DNA of 64,000 nt, taken from positions 2,105,643-2,169,642 of the forward strand of contig CAJFCJ010000014.1 in assembly GCA_904063045.1 (NCBI GenBank), written 5' to 3'. This document shows positions 15,001 through 27,625 of the stretch, one piece after another. Every line of letters begins with the position of its first letter. Position 1 is the stretch's first letter. A model generated the notes under the pieces. The model was not told where the DNA came from. It saw only the letters and a list, made by a program, of their open reading frames with translations, and searched no databases. The position numbers and the translations under genes were made by a program. Source of the DNA: Dimorphilus gyrociliatus. Lineage: Eukaryota > Animalia > Annelida.

Positions 15001-15843
15001 ATTCTTAGAGAAGATTTTATGCTTCAACATTATACTTCACATAGTCCTTCCAGTCCTAAAGCTCCTAAAGCTTCAACTACAAACAATCAAGCTTCGAATA
15101 AAAGATCTAGTGCTAGCTTGGATTTTGTTCCACTACATGTAACAGCACCATCTGGTAGCACAAGCACACTAAAGGCTTGCCCATTGCATGGAGAGGGAGC
15201 TACTTTTATATTTAATTCCGAATTAGCTGACTATTTAGTTGAAGATACTTCAATACACCCCTACGAGTTGGGAAGAAGGAGAATTTCAACAAATCTACCT
15301 GTGTTAAACGAGGTAACATCAGAGGGAGCCACCGAACAGGCTTCAGATAATGGAAGTCAAAAAGGTGGAGATTCGAGTGCACCTCATAGCATTCTAGAAT
15401 TAGCTGGACCGAGCTCGTCGGGAAGAAATAGCTGTACGAGCGACAGTTCAAATAAAAGAAGAAAGAGTTCCGGAACAGTAAAAGCTTTTATGGTAGAAAA
15501 GAGATCTCCTGTAAAAAAACGAGCTTCTGTACCAGCAGCTATTCTAGCTGAAACTGTTGAAGGTGGATTAAGTAAAGGCATACAATCTGCGGACGACTCG
15601 GGAAATGAGAAAATTAAAAGATCTTACAGCGATGATTTTACAGCGGTTTCAAATGATACTATGAAAATGCTTTTAATGAAGAAAGCTATGGGTTATAAAG
15701 ACGATGGTTTGACTGAGTTAACATCAAATTCAGCAAGAACTCATAAAACATCAACATCTTCCGGAAAAAAGAGTGAATTTATAACAGTTCTAGAGCCAAC
15801 AATAGAAAGTGAGCAAATTAATATGTCTGAAACTGAAATGTAG
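6962..15843 (+). CDS. Monocarboxylate transporter-like MFS protein (SLC16 family-like), 5 exons, long Ser-rich C-terminal tail
   Basis: Exons 6962-7196, 10443-10876, 12275-12433, 14093-14389 and 14800-15843 join in frame with GT-AG boundaries. About 12 hydrophobic segments; MCT-like N-terminal WAYVVLLVAMLSN and GGLLSPVITATSLKYSPRAVCVLGG. Confidence 0.8.
8633..8677. repeat. (TA)n microsatellite
   Basis: About 22 perfect TA units, directly visible. Confidence 0.95.
12042..12100. repeat. Compound microsatellite (TA)n-(TATG)n-(TG)n
   Basis: Directly visible in intron 2 of the MCT-like gene. Confidence 0.9.
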
Positions 15844-17240
15844 TTTATTTCAATTCATATCTATTTATATAATATCCAAAATTTTTAGAGTTTTACTTCT
15901 ATCCATATTCCTTTTACTCTTTTTTTTGTCGAGCGAGACAAACCGACTGTACAGTAAATTTTCCATATATCGTACATAAGAGGAAGATAATTTCTATATA
16001 TATACATATATATATACAGTATAAATGTGTATGTATGTATAGACAATTATACTTGATGTAAACAACTGAATTAGGAAAAAGATCACAGTTGAAAAAAATG
16101 AAAAGAAATAGAAGAAGAGAAAAAAAGACTGAAGACACGAAAGAATGAGAAACTTTCCTTTTTTTTTGTTTTTAAAGAGTTATTTATCAATCCATCTCTT
16201 TTTCTCTCTTTCTTTCTTCTTTCTTTCTATCTCTCTCTCTCTCTTTCTTTCTCTTGTTACATTATAATTGTACAGTCATTTTTTAAAATGAATAATCAAT
16301 ACTTTAAAGAAAACGATTCATATTTTTTCTTATATAACTAACAATACTTATTATATTATCTGCGTCACTCGGAATATGATATATTCAAAAGAAAATAATT
16401 TTACTTCTTGGTCGAATACCTAACAGCTAAGGATACTTGTATAAAAAGAAAAGAATGTCCAGAGAATGGACTATTTATGGAAGAAAGATAAACTGAGGAA
16501 AAGGCTTGAAAGAGAAATGGGAGATGGAACTAAAAAAAAAATATATTTAAACATTATTATTCTTGTATAATGAATGTATTTTCTTATTTTACTATTCACG
16601 TTATACTCTCTCAATGAATTAATTATTGAATGTTGTATGAAACCTTTTTTGTTTTTATTTCTTAGTATATGACAAATAATTTCTCTGTCTTATATCTAAT
16701 TTTGTAGATAATTTGGCGTTCCACCGTGACCTTTTTACTAAATATAAGTGTTTTCTTTCATTTTTTCTACCTATGAAAAATCAACTTGAACAAAAAATAG
16801 GTTTTAAGAAATATAAGGGAAAAGAATATATATATATATGCAACTCTTTCTCTCTCTTTCGTAATGAAATAAAGACTTTCAATAACAAATTTAAAATCAT
16901 TAATTAACTAATTAATCAGTTAATTAAATATATCAGTAGAAAATATCTATATATTTTTTTATGTTATTTAATGAATGGGGAAACAGACATTATTTATTGC
17001 TACCGTCATCTATGATATAGACAGACAATAGACCCGCATTACTAATCAATGTTCCAGGAAATATGCTTCATTGAAAGTTAAAAAACAGTTGTTGCACAGT
17101 TGAAATGCTTGAATTTCATTCTTTTTTTTTGTATTTACTATAGAATTTTCCAAATTTTTTATTATTTTTCACCAACACCTTAACCTAACTTTACTCATCA
17201 TAAAAGTGAAGTTATCTTCTGATAAATGAACACTTTATAT

Positions 17241-18664
17241 TTAACTTCTCCAATACAAATCAGTTTCGTACATGTTATTTCGTCTGTTGAAGAATAAATA
17301 TGTAGATATATATATATATATATACTAACTGCAATTAGATATTAATTTACCTATCAGTTGGTTTCATGATAATGTCCATAATCTAGTGAAATTTAGAGGA
17401 AAAAGAAATAAATATAAATTTGCTCATAAAGAATAAAATTAATGTTAGTACCTCAGCTCCTTGAGGAGATGAAAGCATTCTTAAAATAGTGCTTATGACA
17501 TCTTCCATGGTTAAAGCCTGAAAAATATTGAATATAAATATAAGGAAACAGTTAAAACACACTTAGTTTTATCTATAATACCGGTAGGATATCATTGTGA
17601 TAAATGTTATCTCCGTCAGCGTTAAATGGGAATTTCTTTGGCAGAACTTTTGGGCTCATTTCGTATATTTCAGTTGCAAACTGTAACAGTGTTTGTATGT
17701 CAAAATAATGAAAATAATTCAAATTTATTGTAACTTACCTCTTTGAATCCTTCGTACATATGAGCCGTTTTTAAGCCAGCTCGAGTTTGAGCACCTGTAG
17801 TAACGTGTCCAGGTCCGATATGCTTTATTTAACAATAATTATTATTACTACTGTTATTATTCATTTGATATTTTTTCGTTTATCACAACTTACGCCAATT
17901 CTAATTGGGATATTGTTAGCTCTAAATTCCATTCGGAGAGCGTCTCCCAAAGCTCTTAGTATGAACTTTGACACAGAATAGAAATGACAATCATCAAATA
18001 CAGAAGTAAAATAACTAGCAGTTCTGCAAATATTAAATAAATGATAAATCATAAATTAGAAATGCTGATAATAGTTTTTGACGAAATTTACCCTCCGACA
18101 TTGATGATATGTCCTTCAATGTTATTCTTTCTCATCGATTCGATCGCTAATTTCATCAAAAGACATGCTCCGACAACATTAATCTAAAGGATAAAATAGA
18201 TCTTTTAATAGTAAAACTACATTCAAAAGAAAGACATTTTTATTCTATTAACAACTTACCTCAAGAGTCCAATTTTGAGCGTCAGTGGAATCTTCTATTA
18301 AAGGTGTACCAGTTGCTGTACTTCCCATATTTACGAGAATGGCAATTGGGCCTAATTCTTTTTCAATTTCTTCAACAGCTTTATGAATACTTTTGTCTTC
18401 AGTTAAATTCATTTGAAAGCCATGAAAACGTCCTTTCTTGCCTTGCAATTCTTTTTCCATTGCCTAGATGTATGAAAATTTTAAGCATTAGGGTCAATAA
18501 AAACGCTATTCTTTTACTAAATTTATCTTTACCTTTAATTTTTTTTGAGTTCTAGCAACTCCAGCAACAATGACACCATGTTCAACTAGTTGTTTACTTA
18601 AAAGGTTACCCATACCCTCGGATGCTCCAGTAATAATCGCAACTTTACCAGCCCACTTTTCCAT
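17241..18664 (-). CDS. Short-chain dehydrogenase/reductase, DHRS11-like, copy 1
   Basis: First exon 18533-18664 MEKWAGKVAIITGASEGMG (TGxxxGxG), catalytic YSVSK, terminal exon 17241-17283 (RNNMYETDLYWRS*). All exons join in frame with GT-AG. Confidence 0.9.
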
Positions 18665-21117
18665 GTTTAGTTTTTTGTTCTTCCTCCTTGTAGTGTATTA
18701 GAATACTAGAAAATATATATATTTATATATATATATATATATTTGTAAAACTTACAATTGAACTATCCTTGTACTCGGATTCAAATGAGAATTGTTCAAG
18801 TGCTGGATCTCTTATATAGTCGCGCGTATTATGGGATATAGCGGTAGAACAAAGCTTCCTATCTTCCAATGGTAACATATTTTAAAAATAAATGTTCTAA
18901 AACATGCCACAGAAATTGCTCTAATCATTAAAATCGCTATTTTATCGCCTAACAGTTAATTTCAACTTTAACATTTGTATAGTATTGCATAAATGAATTT
19001 CTTTGTCAATTGTTATTCAAAATTACAGACTGGAATTGAACGAGCTGCCAATTATTTTGAACAAAGATAACTAAGCCCTACCCTTTGAATTAGTGTGCTC
19101 TTTTTTTGGAATTCTCCAAACTTCAGCTCTTCTCCATTTTTATTGGTCTTTATTGTCTTTTCTATCGAACTGCTTTATATACCAGATGGCGCACTCACTT
19201 ATATTATGTATTTAGTAGATGCATATACTGTTATGTCATGCTATCCAATTAAACGACCGAATGGGAAAAAAGCAAACGTAACTAAAACTAAAGTATTATA
19301 TAGGGAAAGTGATTGACGAATGAAAGGATATTAAAACGTTAAGAGTCTCTATTCAATCAATTAAGTTAGATGAATAAGTTGTAGTCTTGAAACTGTCAAA
19401 TGGCGACAAATATATAACTATATATATGTTGTCTTTCAATTCTATAGCTTGACAGAACGAATATTACTTATCCCTTGTTAATTCGTTATACTTTAATTTA
19501 TATATATTCCACTAGGTGGCGTTTAAATAGTTCTAAGTCTGAAATATAATCAATAATATTTATATCAATAAGTAAATCTATAATGCGAGCAAATAGCTTT
19601 TTTTTAAATATATCTATATAAAAAAGAACCTATCGAACAACCAGACTGTTTAGAGAGTATTTATTGTAAAAAATATAATTGATTATAAATATATAAAGGG
19701 TCGACTAAGTTGTTTTCTCTCTTTAATTATTCTCCATTGAAAAGAATAATCAAAGAAACGAGATCGAATTTTAATAAAGTTTTGTTCAATTTATATTTCA
19801 TTTCTCTTTTTTTTTTATTAAAAAAAATATTATTATACTATCATTTTTTTAATAAATTTGCATATGTTATCAATTAGAAATTGTAACAATTAGTAATAAT
19901 AATAAGATATAACAATAGTTATGAATAAAATAAACTTCGTACTTTAGATACATGTGAATTAACGTATAGTTTCTATATATATCATTATGGTTATCAATAA
20001 TGTATATGTTCAAAGAAAATCTTTGAAGATTCTCTTCTAAATAATCCGATTAGTTGGTGATATAATTTTCTAATCTGAAATTCCCTTTGCTCCAATAATA
20101 TGGCAGTTTAATGATAAAAAGAAAAGTATTCTAGATTTTTTATTCATAAAAACAAAGACTAAGTAATTTTGGCCTTTTAACACAAGTTTTCATAACTTAA
20201 AAACTGATAATCGTTTTAAACAATTCATTTTTTTTCTTTCTCTCTCGTCTATCAGCCAAACTATCTGTCTCTTTTTCACTGAAAGAATATATGATATTCT
20301 CTATTATATAATTTATATTTTAAAAGATAAATCCATATTGAGCGGTATTTTCTAAATTTAGACACGAAAAAAGGGGAAAGAAATAGACAAGGCGAACGAG
20401 GTAAATTAATTTGCTTCTTTTTCTTCCTTCTTTTATTTAGAAGATGAGAATTTTATTTAAAAATTCCCTAATAAGTCAGCTAGTTAAACATATGAAAATC
20501 GGAAGGAAAAATGAAAAGAAAAAAAGAAGGAAATCAATGAATGAATAAAAAAGCAAAAAAGAGAGAAAGAGCGAAAGAAAGGAGCAGGAATGGAGTAAAA
20601 AAGGACTAAATTTTAATTTTTTGATTAAAAATATACTTGAAAACTAACAATAGAAAATTAATTAGTCTGTCATTATAGTAAGATAACACTGTTAATAGTA
20701 ATAATAATAATAAGATAGGAGTAATTTTACTGAGGAAGAAAAGAGGTTTCGTTAAAAAAAGATGAGCCATTCGTAAAAGAAAAAGAGTATGGAAGAAAAT
20801 AAAAATTAGTCTTCGCTATAAAGAAAATGAAGGGAAAAGCGATTTTCTTTTAAAAGCGCCACGCTGTAGTGATACCACTTCAATGCCAACTGCAGTACAA
20901 GTCGGGACTGTGTTCTCAGTGTTTGATGTTTTTCCGTCTAAATTATGGATAAAACGTGATAGTGAATACAAATATCACGGCATTAAGATAAAAGTAATGA
21001 CCAGAGTAGATTAAAGCTAATACGCCTGCTTTCTTGAATCCAATTAATATTTGCAACATTAGTATAAAAAGGAAATGTAACACAATAGACTGAATAGAAT
21101 TTCTTTAATTTTTCAAT

Positions 21118-24100
21118 ATGTCAAGAATTTTAAACGGAACGCCAGCTCTATCTGCCTTATCTGGAATATCTTTATCCGGAAAGAGCTTTGTTCTTGAATG
21201 GAATAAATCTGGATCTTCTCTAAAGCCCTTTGGAAATATAAAAAAGAAGATATTGTTCAATCATTCATTACCATGTTTCTTTCTTTTCCTGGCCTTACCA
21301 ATTGAACTATTTTATAGATTTTATGATGTAATTCGCTGCTCAGATAGTACACTAATTGAAGAAGGATATACAATTATTAATCAACTTCTTTCGAACATTT
21401 CCAGTCAACAACAACAATTCAAACTCAAAGAAGGTAAATATATATTTTATTCTATTTTTAGTAAATTCTTCAAAGGAGAACATTTAAAAAAAATATTTAT
21501 CGCTTTCTACATTCTAGTATCGTCAACATGGTCTAATTGCAATAATCAAAGTACGATGATATGTGTAAATGGAAAAAATGAAACTGTGATTAAGGAATTA
21601 TGTTCTTACTTTAACAGAGTAAATAATAATTTTCAACAGTATAATGAAAATTATGGAATAGAATATGTTTCTCGAGATTACACTTATTCTATGGTCTCTT
21701 TAGCCGACTATATCATCAAGTGTTATTTATGCAACAGCTCCAATAGGTTTCAGCATCAACTTACTATAACCAACTACCCGACAATCAATAGCTGTAATCT
21801 AACGTTTCTATTTAAAACTGTTGAAATTTGGAGGAAGAGGACATTGAATTTCTTTCGAGATTGTAATACTGAAAGTCATGTCAATAAGATTCATTCTGGA
21901 CTCAGTATATCATTATTAATATTGCTCTTTATTCTCAGTATTTTCTTGCAAATAATCGATTGTCGGAAAACTATTAAAATGGTTCAAAGTTTACATTTTA
22001 ACTTGACACAACGAGAAATTAGACATAAAATCATTGTCGAAAGAACTCAGACAGATATTAGAGAGGCAGAAACACTTGTTCATGAAATGTTACCAATTAA
22101 AATAGCAAATTCATTAAGAGATGGTCACGAAGTTCAACCGGAAGTTTTCGAGAGCGTCTCCATTTATTTTAGCGATATTTATGGCTTTAACGACTACACT
22201 GTCGAGTATTCTCCATTGGAAGTTGTCGATCTTTTAAATATGGTTTATGGGTAAGTAGATATATGAATAATTATATGTTTTAACTTAAACATAGACTCGT
22301 CTCTATTTACTTTTACTAACAATATTTTAGTATTTGTTTCATTGACATTTTCCACCCTTTCCCTTCTCTTTTACTCTTACTTGTTCTCTCTCTCTCGAAG
22401 AGACGCTTTTGTCACGAATGAACAAAACATAGGGAAGGAGACGCTTTGAATTAAAACGCTTTTTTTAAAGGTTATTAAGAATAATCTAGGTAGATAAGTA
22501 CAAAACTGTAAAACCCAGTAAAGTAGAAAATCTTACAGAGTTATTCTCATCAATCTATCTATCTAGTTAGCTTGCTATCTATGTTTCTTTTCCCTTTCTT
22601 GACCGAAAATTATTTAATAAAACGAGAGCTTTTTACTCGGTGCTATTTCTTTTAAGTTATAGACTTGTAACGACAGTTAATTGCTTCTAACGCTTGATGT
22701 ACATGATTAATATCGGGAGAAGTTTTAATTCTTCTATTCGCGTATAATTCTTTCTAGAAAGTACTTCAATATAAATATTAATGTAATGGATAATCTATAC
22801 ATCTAGAGAAAACATGTAAAAATAAAATAACAAGATGGAGAAGACGTTATCTTCTTTAGAAAAATGTATTGTATTTATAGTTGGCTTTTTATGTTTATCA
22901 CTGTTTATACATTCTAATTGTCCTCTCACCTCCGAAAAGATGAAATTTCATTGAATCTTTTAATAATGTTCGGCTGGATAGATTATAGATAGAATAATAA
23001 TAGATAGCGTATAAGGAACTATCAAGATGAGATAAATTCTTGATTAAACGAGAGCGAACAACATATAAAGGAATAAAGCTGGAGTTCATCAAAACAAAAA
23101 ATACCAGAATAGGAAGAGAGGAAATACGAGAAGAGAGAGAGAGAGAGAGAGACAAAATTTGCAAGGTTTTTAGTTCATCTACTTTTCTGGAAGAAATGAT
23201 TAGGAATCACGAAATCATGATAAGCTAAGAGACTGTCACGTACCTGTTCTTCAAAAAAAGACACCTAAATACCTCTCTTACATTTTACAACCGTGATTTA
23301 AATGTAATTTATTAGCACTTGAATTTTTAATCTTACAAATTATAATATTCATGGTTGTAACCAAATAGCTTAAAAAGAAACATACCGCTTTAAAGTAAAC
23401 TAGGCTCTTTTCATATATTTGTTACAAATGTATGCTAATAAATTAAATGTTTAAGTGGATCATCTTACTAGTATGCAGTAGACTTTACAATATACATATA
23501 TATACATTTATATATATACAGTATATATATATATATGTATACTGCATAGACATAACTGCAGTACTACTTAAAGGATGAAATACAAATGAATATCTTCTTC
23601 TTTTATTCTTCACGGAAAAGGCTTACATCATCTTTACTTAGAAAAAAAGAGGCAGCAAAAATGTATTTAAAGTAATTAGTTGGTAATTAAGACCTAAGAA
23701 ATTAGAAAGATAGATTGAAAGAAAGAACGAAAGAAAGAAATATTGCAGGTACTATAAAATAGAAACTAATATTCCATTGTATTGGAAAAATTTCCATAAA
23801 ATATTTTATTTGACTAAAGGAGCTATATTAATATTTATATCCAGTAATTAATTAATAGATTTGTATAAACATCTTTATTATATTCAATTATATATAACAG
23901 TATAAACAGTAAATCAATAGGTATTCTGTTTTCCATTTTCTTTGCTTCAACAATTAAATTAAGATCATTGAAAAACAATAGAGAGTAGAAAATTTTAATA
24001 TATATAGATTTTCAAAGGTTACTTGGGTGACAAATAAATTATATATTATTAAATTTGGTGAACAATTAGGAAAAAGAAACCTTTTATGCTTTTTCTATGA

Positions 24101-27100
24101 AGGTTACAACATCTTGTAGCCTATTTCTCACTATATTTCAACAAGCAAGATGTTTGTACTCGTTTAACCAAGAGACTTATAATATTAATAGTTTTAAATA
24201 TATTTATATAGTATATATAGGTATATTATAGCATATATTAACACCTATACAAATTTTTGAAAGTCAATACAACTACTTAAGCTTAAAAAATGGTAAGAAA
24301 AGATAGAATATCTAAAGAGCTTCTTAGAATTCTTCGGTGAGCCTCATACACTTACTTGTATTCTTTATTTATTAAACAGTTAACGCAATATTCATAGTTT
24401 TCTATAATCTTTACATTCAATTTAATAGGACTAATAAACTAAAAACTCGTATCAGATCAGTTTATTACTTGCTAAAGTGGCACAAAGAACTACAATAATA
24501 TATTTATTTAGAATAAAAGCGTTAGAAAGCTATATTAATAATAAAAGACATTTAGATGTGTTATTAGATATTATATTCTTTATTATTAATGATCAAGGTT
24601 AAAGAATTCATTAAATTTTCTAAAACTGATGACTAGTTAGTTCTTCGGTCCTTAATTTTGGCAATTATCTTCTTCATATATCAAGATCTCCAGTATAAAT
24701 CTGATTCAAACACACTATTTTGTCTGAAAAATAACATAAATAAAGATAATTGCTTAATTAGTCTCTCTCTCTCTCTGTCCCTCTCTCTCTCTCTTATATA
24801 TATATATATATACTAGTATATATATTTAATTTAAAGAAATCGAACCTATCAGTTGGTTTCATGATAACATCCATAATCTAAATTATAAGGAAAATACAAA
24901 TTAATAATAATTAATTAACATGATCGAAAAGCTTTTAACCTCTGCATCATCTCTCTTAGATAAGATGTCAATTATTACTGACGTAACATCATTCATCTCG
25001 AGTGCCTTGATAGCAAAAAAAAAATAAATTAGCTTATATTATCTAAATAATGAAAATGAAGAGAATTTTTACGGGTAAAACGTTATTATGATAAAGATTA
25101 TCTCCGTCACATTTAAATGGAAATTTTCGTGGTAGTTTGTGGCTTTGCATATGATAAAATTCACTGGCATACTACGAAAATAAACATGAAATAAATTAAT
25201 ACATTTATTAATAGTTATATAGAAATCATTTACGTATAGGAATCCTGTTTCTATGATTTCGCCTGATAACCCAAGTCTATCTTGAACGCCCGTTTTTATA
25301 TGTCCAGGTCCAACATGCTTTTAAGACAAATATATAATTTTGTTACTCATCGAAAAGACTAACTGTTGAATTTCACATACGCAAATTCTAATTGGAATAT
25401 TATTTGCTCTAAATTCCATACGGAGAGCATCTCCTAAAGCTCTTAGAATAAACTTGGAAACTGAATAGAAGTGATAATCTTGAAACACTGAAGTATAGTA
25501 GCTCGCGGTTCTGCCAAAAAAAGAAAAAGAAATAGAAATAATAGGAAAGAGTCCCTTTTATTATAAATTTTCTTTGATTTATTACCCTCCTATATTTATT
25601 ATGTTTCCTTTGATATTATTCTTTTTCATAGATTTAATAGCAAGCTTCATCAATATTACTGGACCCAGAACATTAACCTATTATTTTAGACACAAAAGGA
25701 ATTATTAGATCACGTACATGTTCACTCTCAATCTTTTGTCTTGATTTCAAATTCTAAATATGAAATCTTTATTCTTTTTGATATTGTATAGGTATTTACA
25801 TTAATAGTACTCTCCCAAGCTTCTATAGAGTCCTCTAACAAATTTGAGTTAGACGATGAACTTCCCATATTTATAAGAGCGGAAACAGGACCAAGAGTTT
25901 TCTCAATTTCTTCAAAACTCTTTGTTATACTATCTTCATCCTCCAAATCCATAAAGAATCCTACAAAACGACCTGTGCTATGTTTCAAAGTTTCCTCCAT
26001 TTTCTGATTTAACAAGGAAAAAGAAAATATAAGAGAACTCTATTTTAAAATTTAATATTAGTTAAACTATGATTAATTAATCTTAAAAACTAATTATCAT
26101 TTAATTTTATTAATATGAATCTACAAAATGACTCTGGTAGGATTTAACATTCAATTAATTAAAGAAGTGTCTAGGAAAACCTTATTAATAAGCAGCTTAA
26201 AAAATAACTTAACAAAAATGACTTACCTTCATTTTCTCAACATTTCTGGCTACTCCGGCAACAATTAAACCACATTCGACGAGTTGTTTAGCCAAATAAT
26301 GTCCCATGCCTTCTGTTGGTCCAGTTAGAACAGCAACTCTCCCGATCCACCTTTCCATAATTACTTGAATATTTTAATTCTAGAATTATTAGAAATATGA
26401 GAAGTAAAAGATTCTTAATTAGATATCTGAATGAATGTCAGAAAACGAATGAAATAGAATTTTCCATTAATTTTATTATAAAGGATAGAGTCTAATAAAG
26501 GTACCATCATATTTAACAGATTGTGACTTTTGTTCAAAAAATGAACAGATGGCGAATTTATTATTAAAACTTCAGCATCATTATTTAAATGTAAAAGGAA
26601 GAATAATATTTTAGTTACATTTTTGAAAAAAAAAATACTTGACCGTTTATATTCTTTATATAGTTATATTATACTATAAAATGACTATACAATATACCGT
26701 ATACAGCGTACAATGTATTAAAGAGAAAAAAAACCACTTTTCCACTTGGAAAGAGGACTCTTGGTTAAGTCGGTCTTTTAAAAAGTATTTTTTTTTTGAA
26801 GGGATTACATTAGAGTAGTTGTCTGAGCATATAGTAGAGTACATGCTTGCAACCTTACATATATACATACATATTATGTTGATTATGTTAACATACTGTA
26901 TAATGTATATTTTCTTAAGTAAAAAACAGAAATAATAAAACATATAAGTAAAAAAAAACCCTTCTCTACCTATTTTTTATGTTTATTTATCGTTTTATTC
27001 GCAATCGAATTAAGATAAGATCCCTATGGCAACAGAGATGCTTACTTGAAAAGATGAAAGAATTTTTACACTTTATTTATAATTATAATTTTCTTCATTG

Positions 27101-27594
27101 CTCATTTTTGCTAAATTTTATCAATACTTGAAAGAGAATATAGGACTATACAACATATCTTGTTCAAGAAGTTTAGTTCAGCTCAGTTACTTAATGATAA
27201 GTAGCTCCTTTACAAAAAAATAAAGGTAGAAAACTAATTATCAATATGAAACTGATTGCTACTTTGGTCATGTAACCTAAAGAAGATATTGAAACAAAGA
27301 GGAAGAGGAATGTAACAAGACAAAGATACAGACGATGCTATGGAGTATTCATAATTAGTTAAGTACAGTATAACAGAATATTAATTCTAAAATAGAGGTG
27401 ACAATTCCCATTCACATATCTTTTGATCTTACAAGAATTAGTAAATTAAATAGTTTCTTAATTACGCGTATCTTTCAAATACAATTATAGAAATCAGTTA
27501 TTTATTTGAAAATGGAAGAAAATAGCATCTTATTTTTAGTAACATTTTTGTAAATGGTTCAGTATGAATATTATAAATTATTAAATATTAGTTG

Positions 27595-27625
<31 letters not shown>

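Noticed and set aside
17347-17352. Apparent stop (…PTDR*) ending SDR copy 1
   Set aside because: Both SDR copies have GATAG|GT here and a conserved downstream exon (DLYWRS*), so this is a splice donor and not the true end.
20850-21010. GC-richer stretch with a short ORF (MPTAVQVGTVF...) upstream of the cyclase
   Set aside because: No in-frame acceptor links it to 21118 (in-frame TAA at 21106); probably a 5' UTR or promoter.
23461-23560. TACATA/TATGTA variants in TA repeats as 2-bp Tc1 (C. elegans-type) footprints
   Set aside because: Indistinguishable from single transitions in a (TA)n tract, so not counted as evidence.
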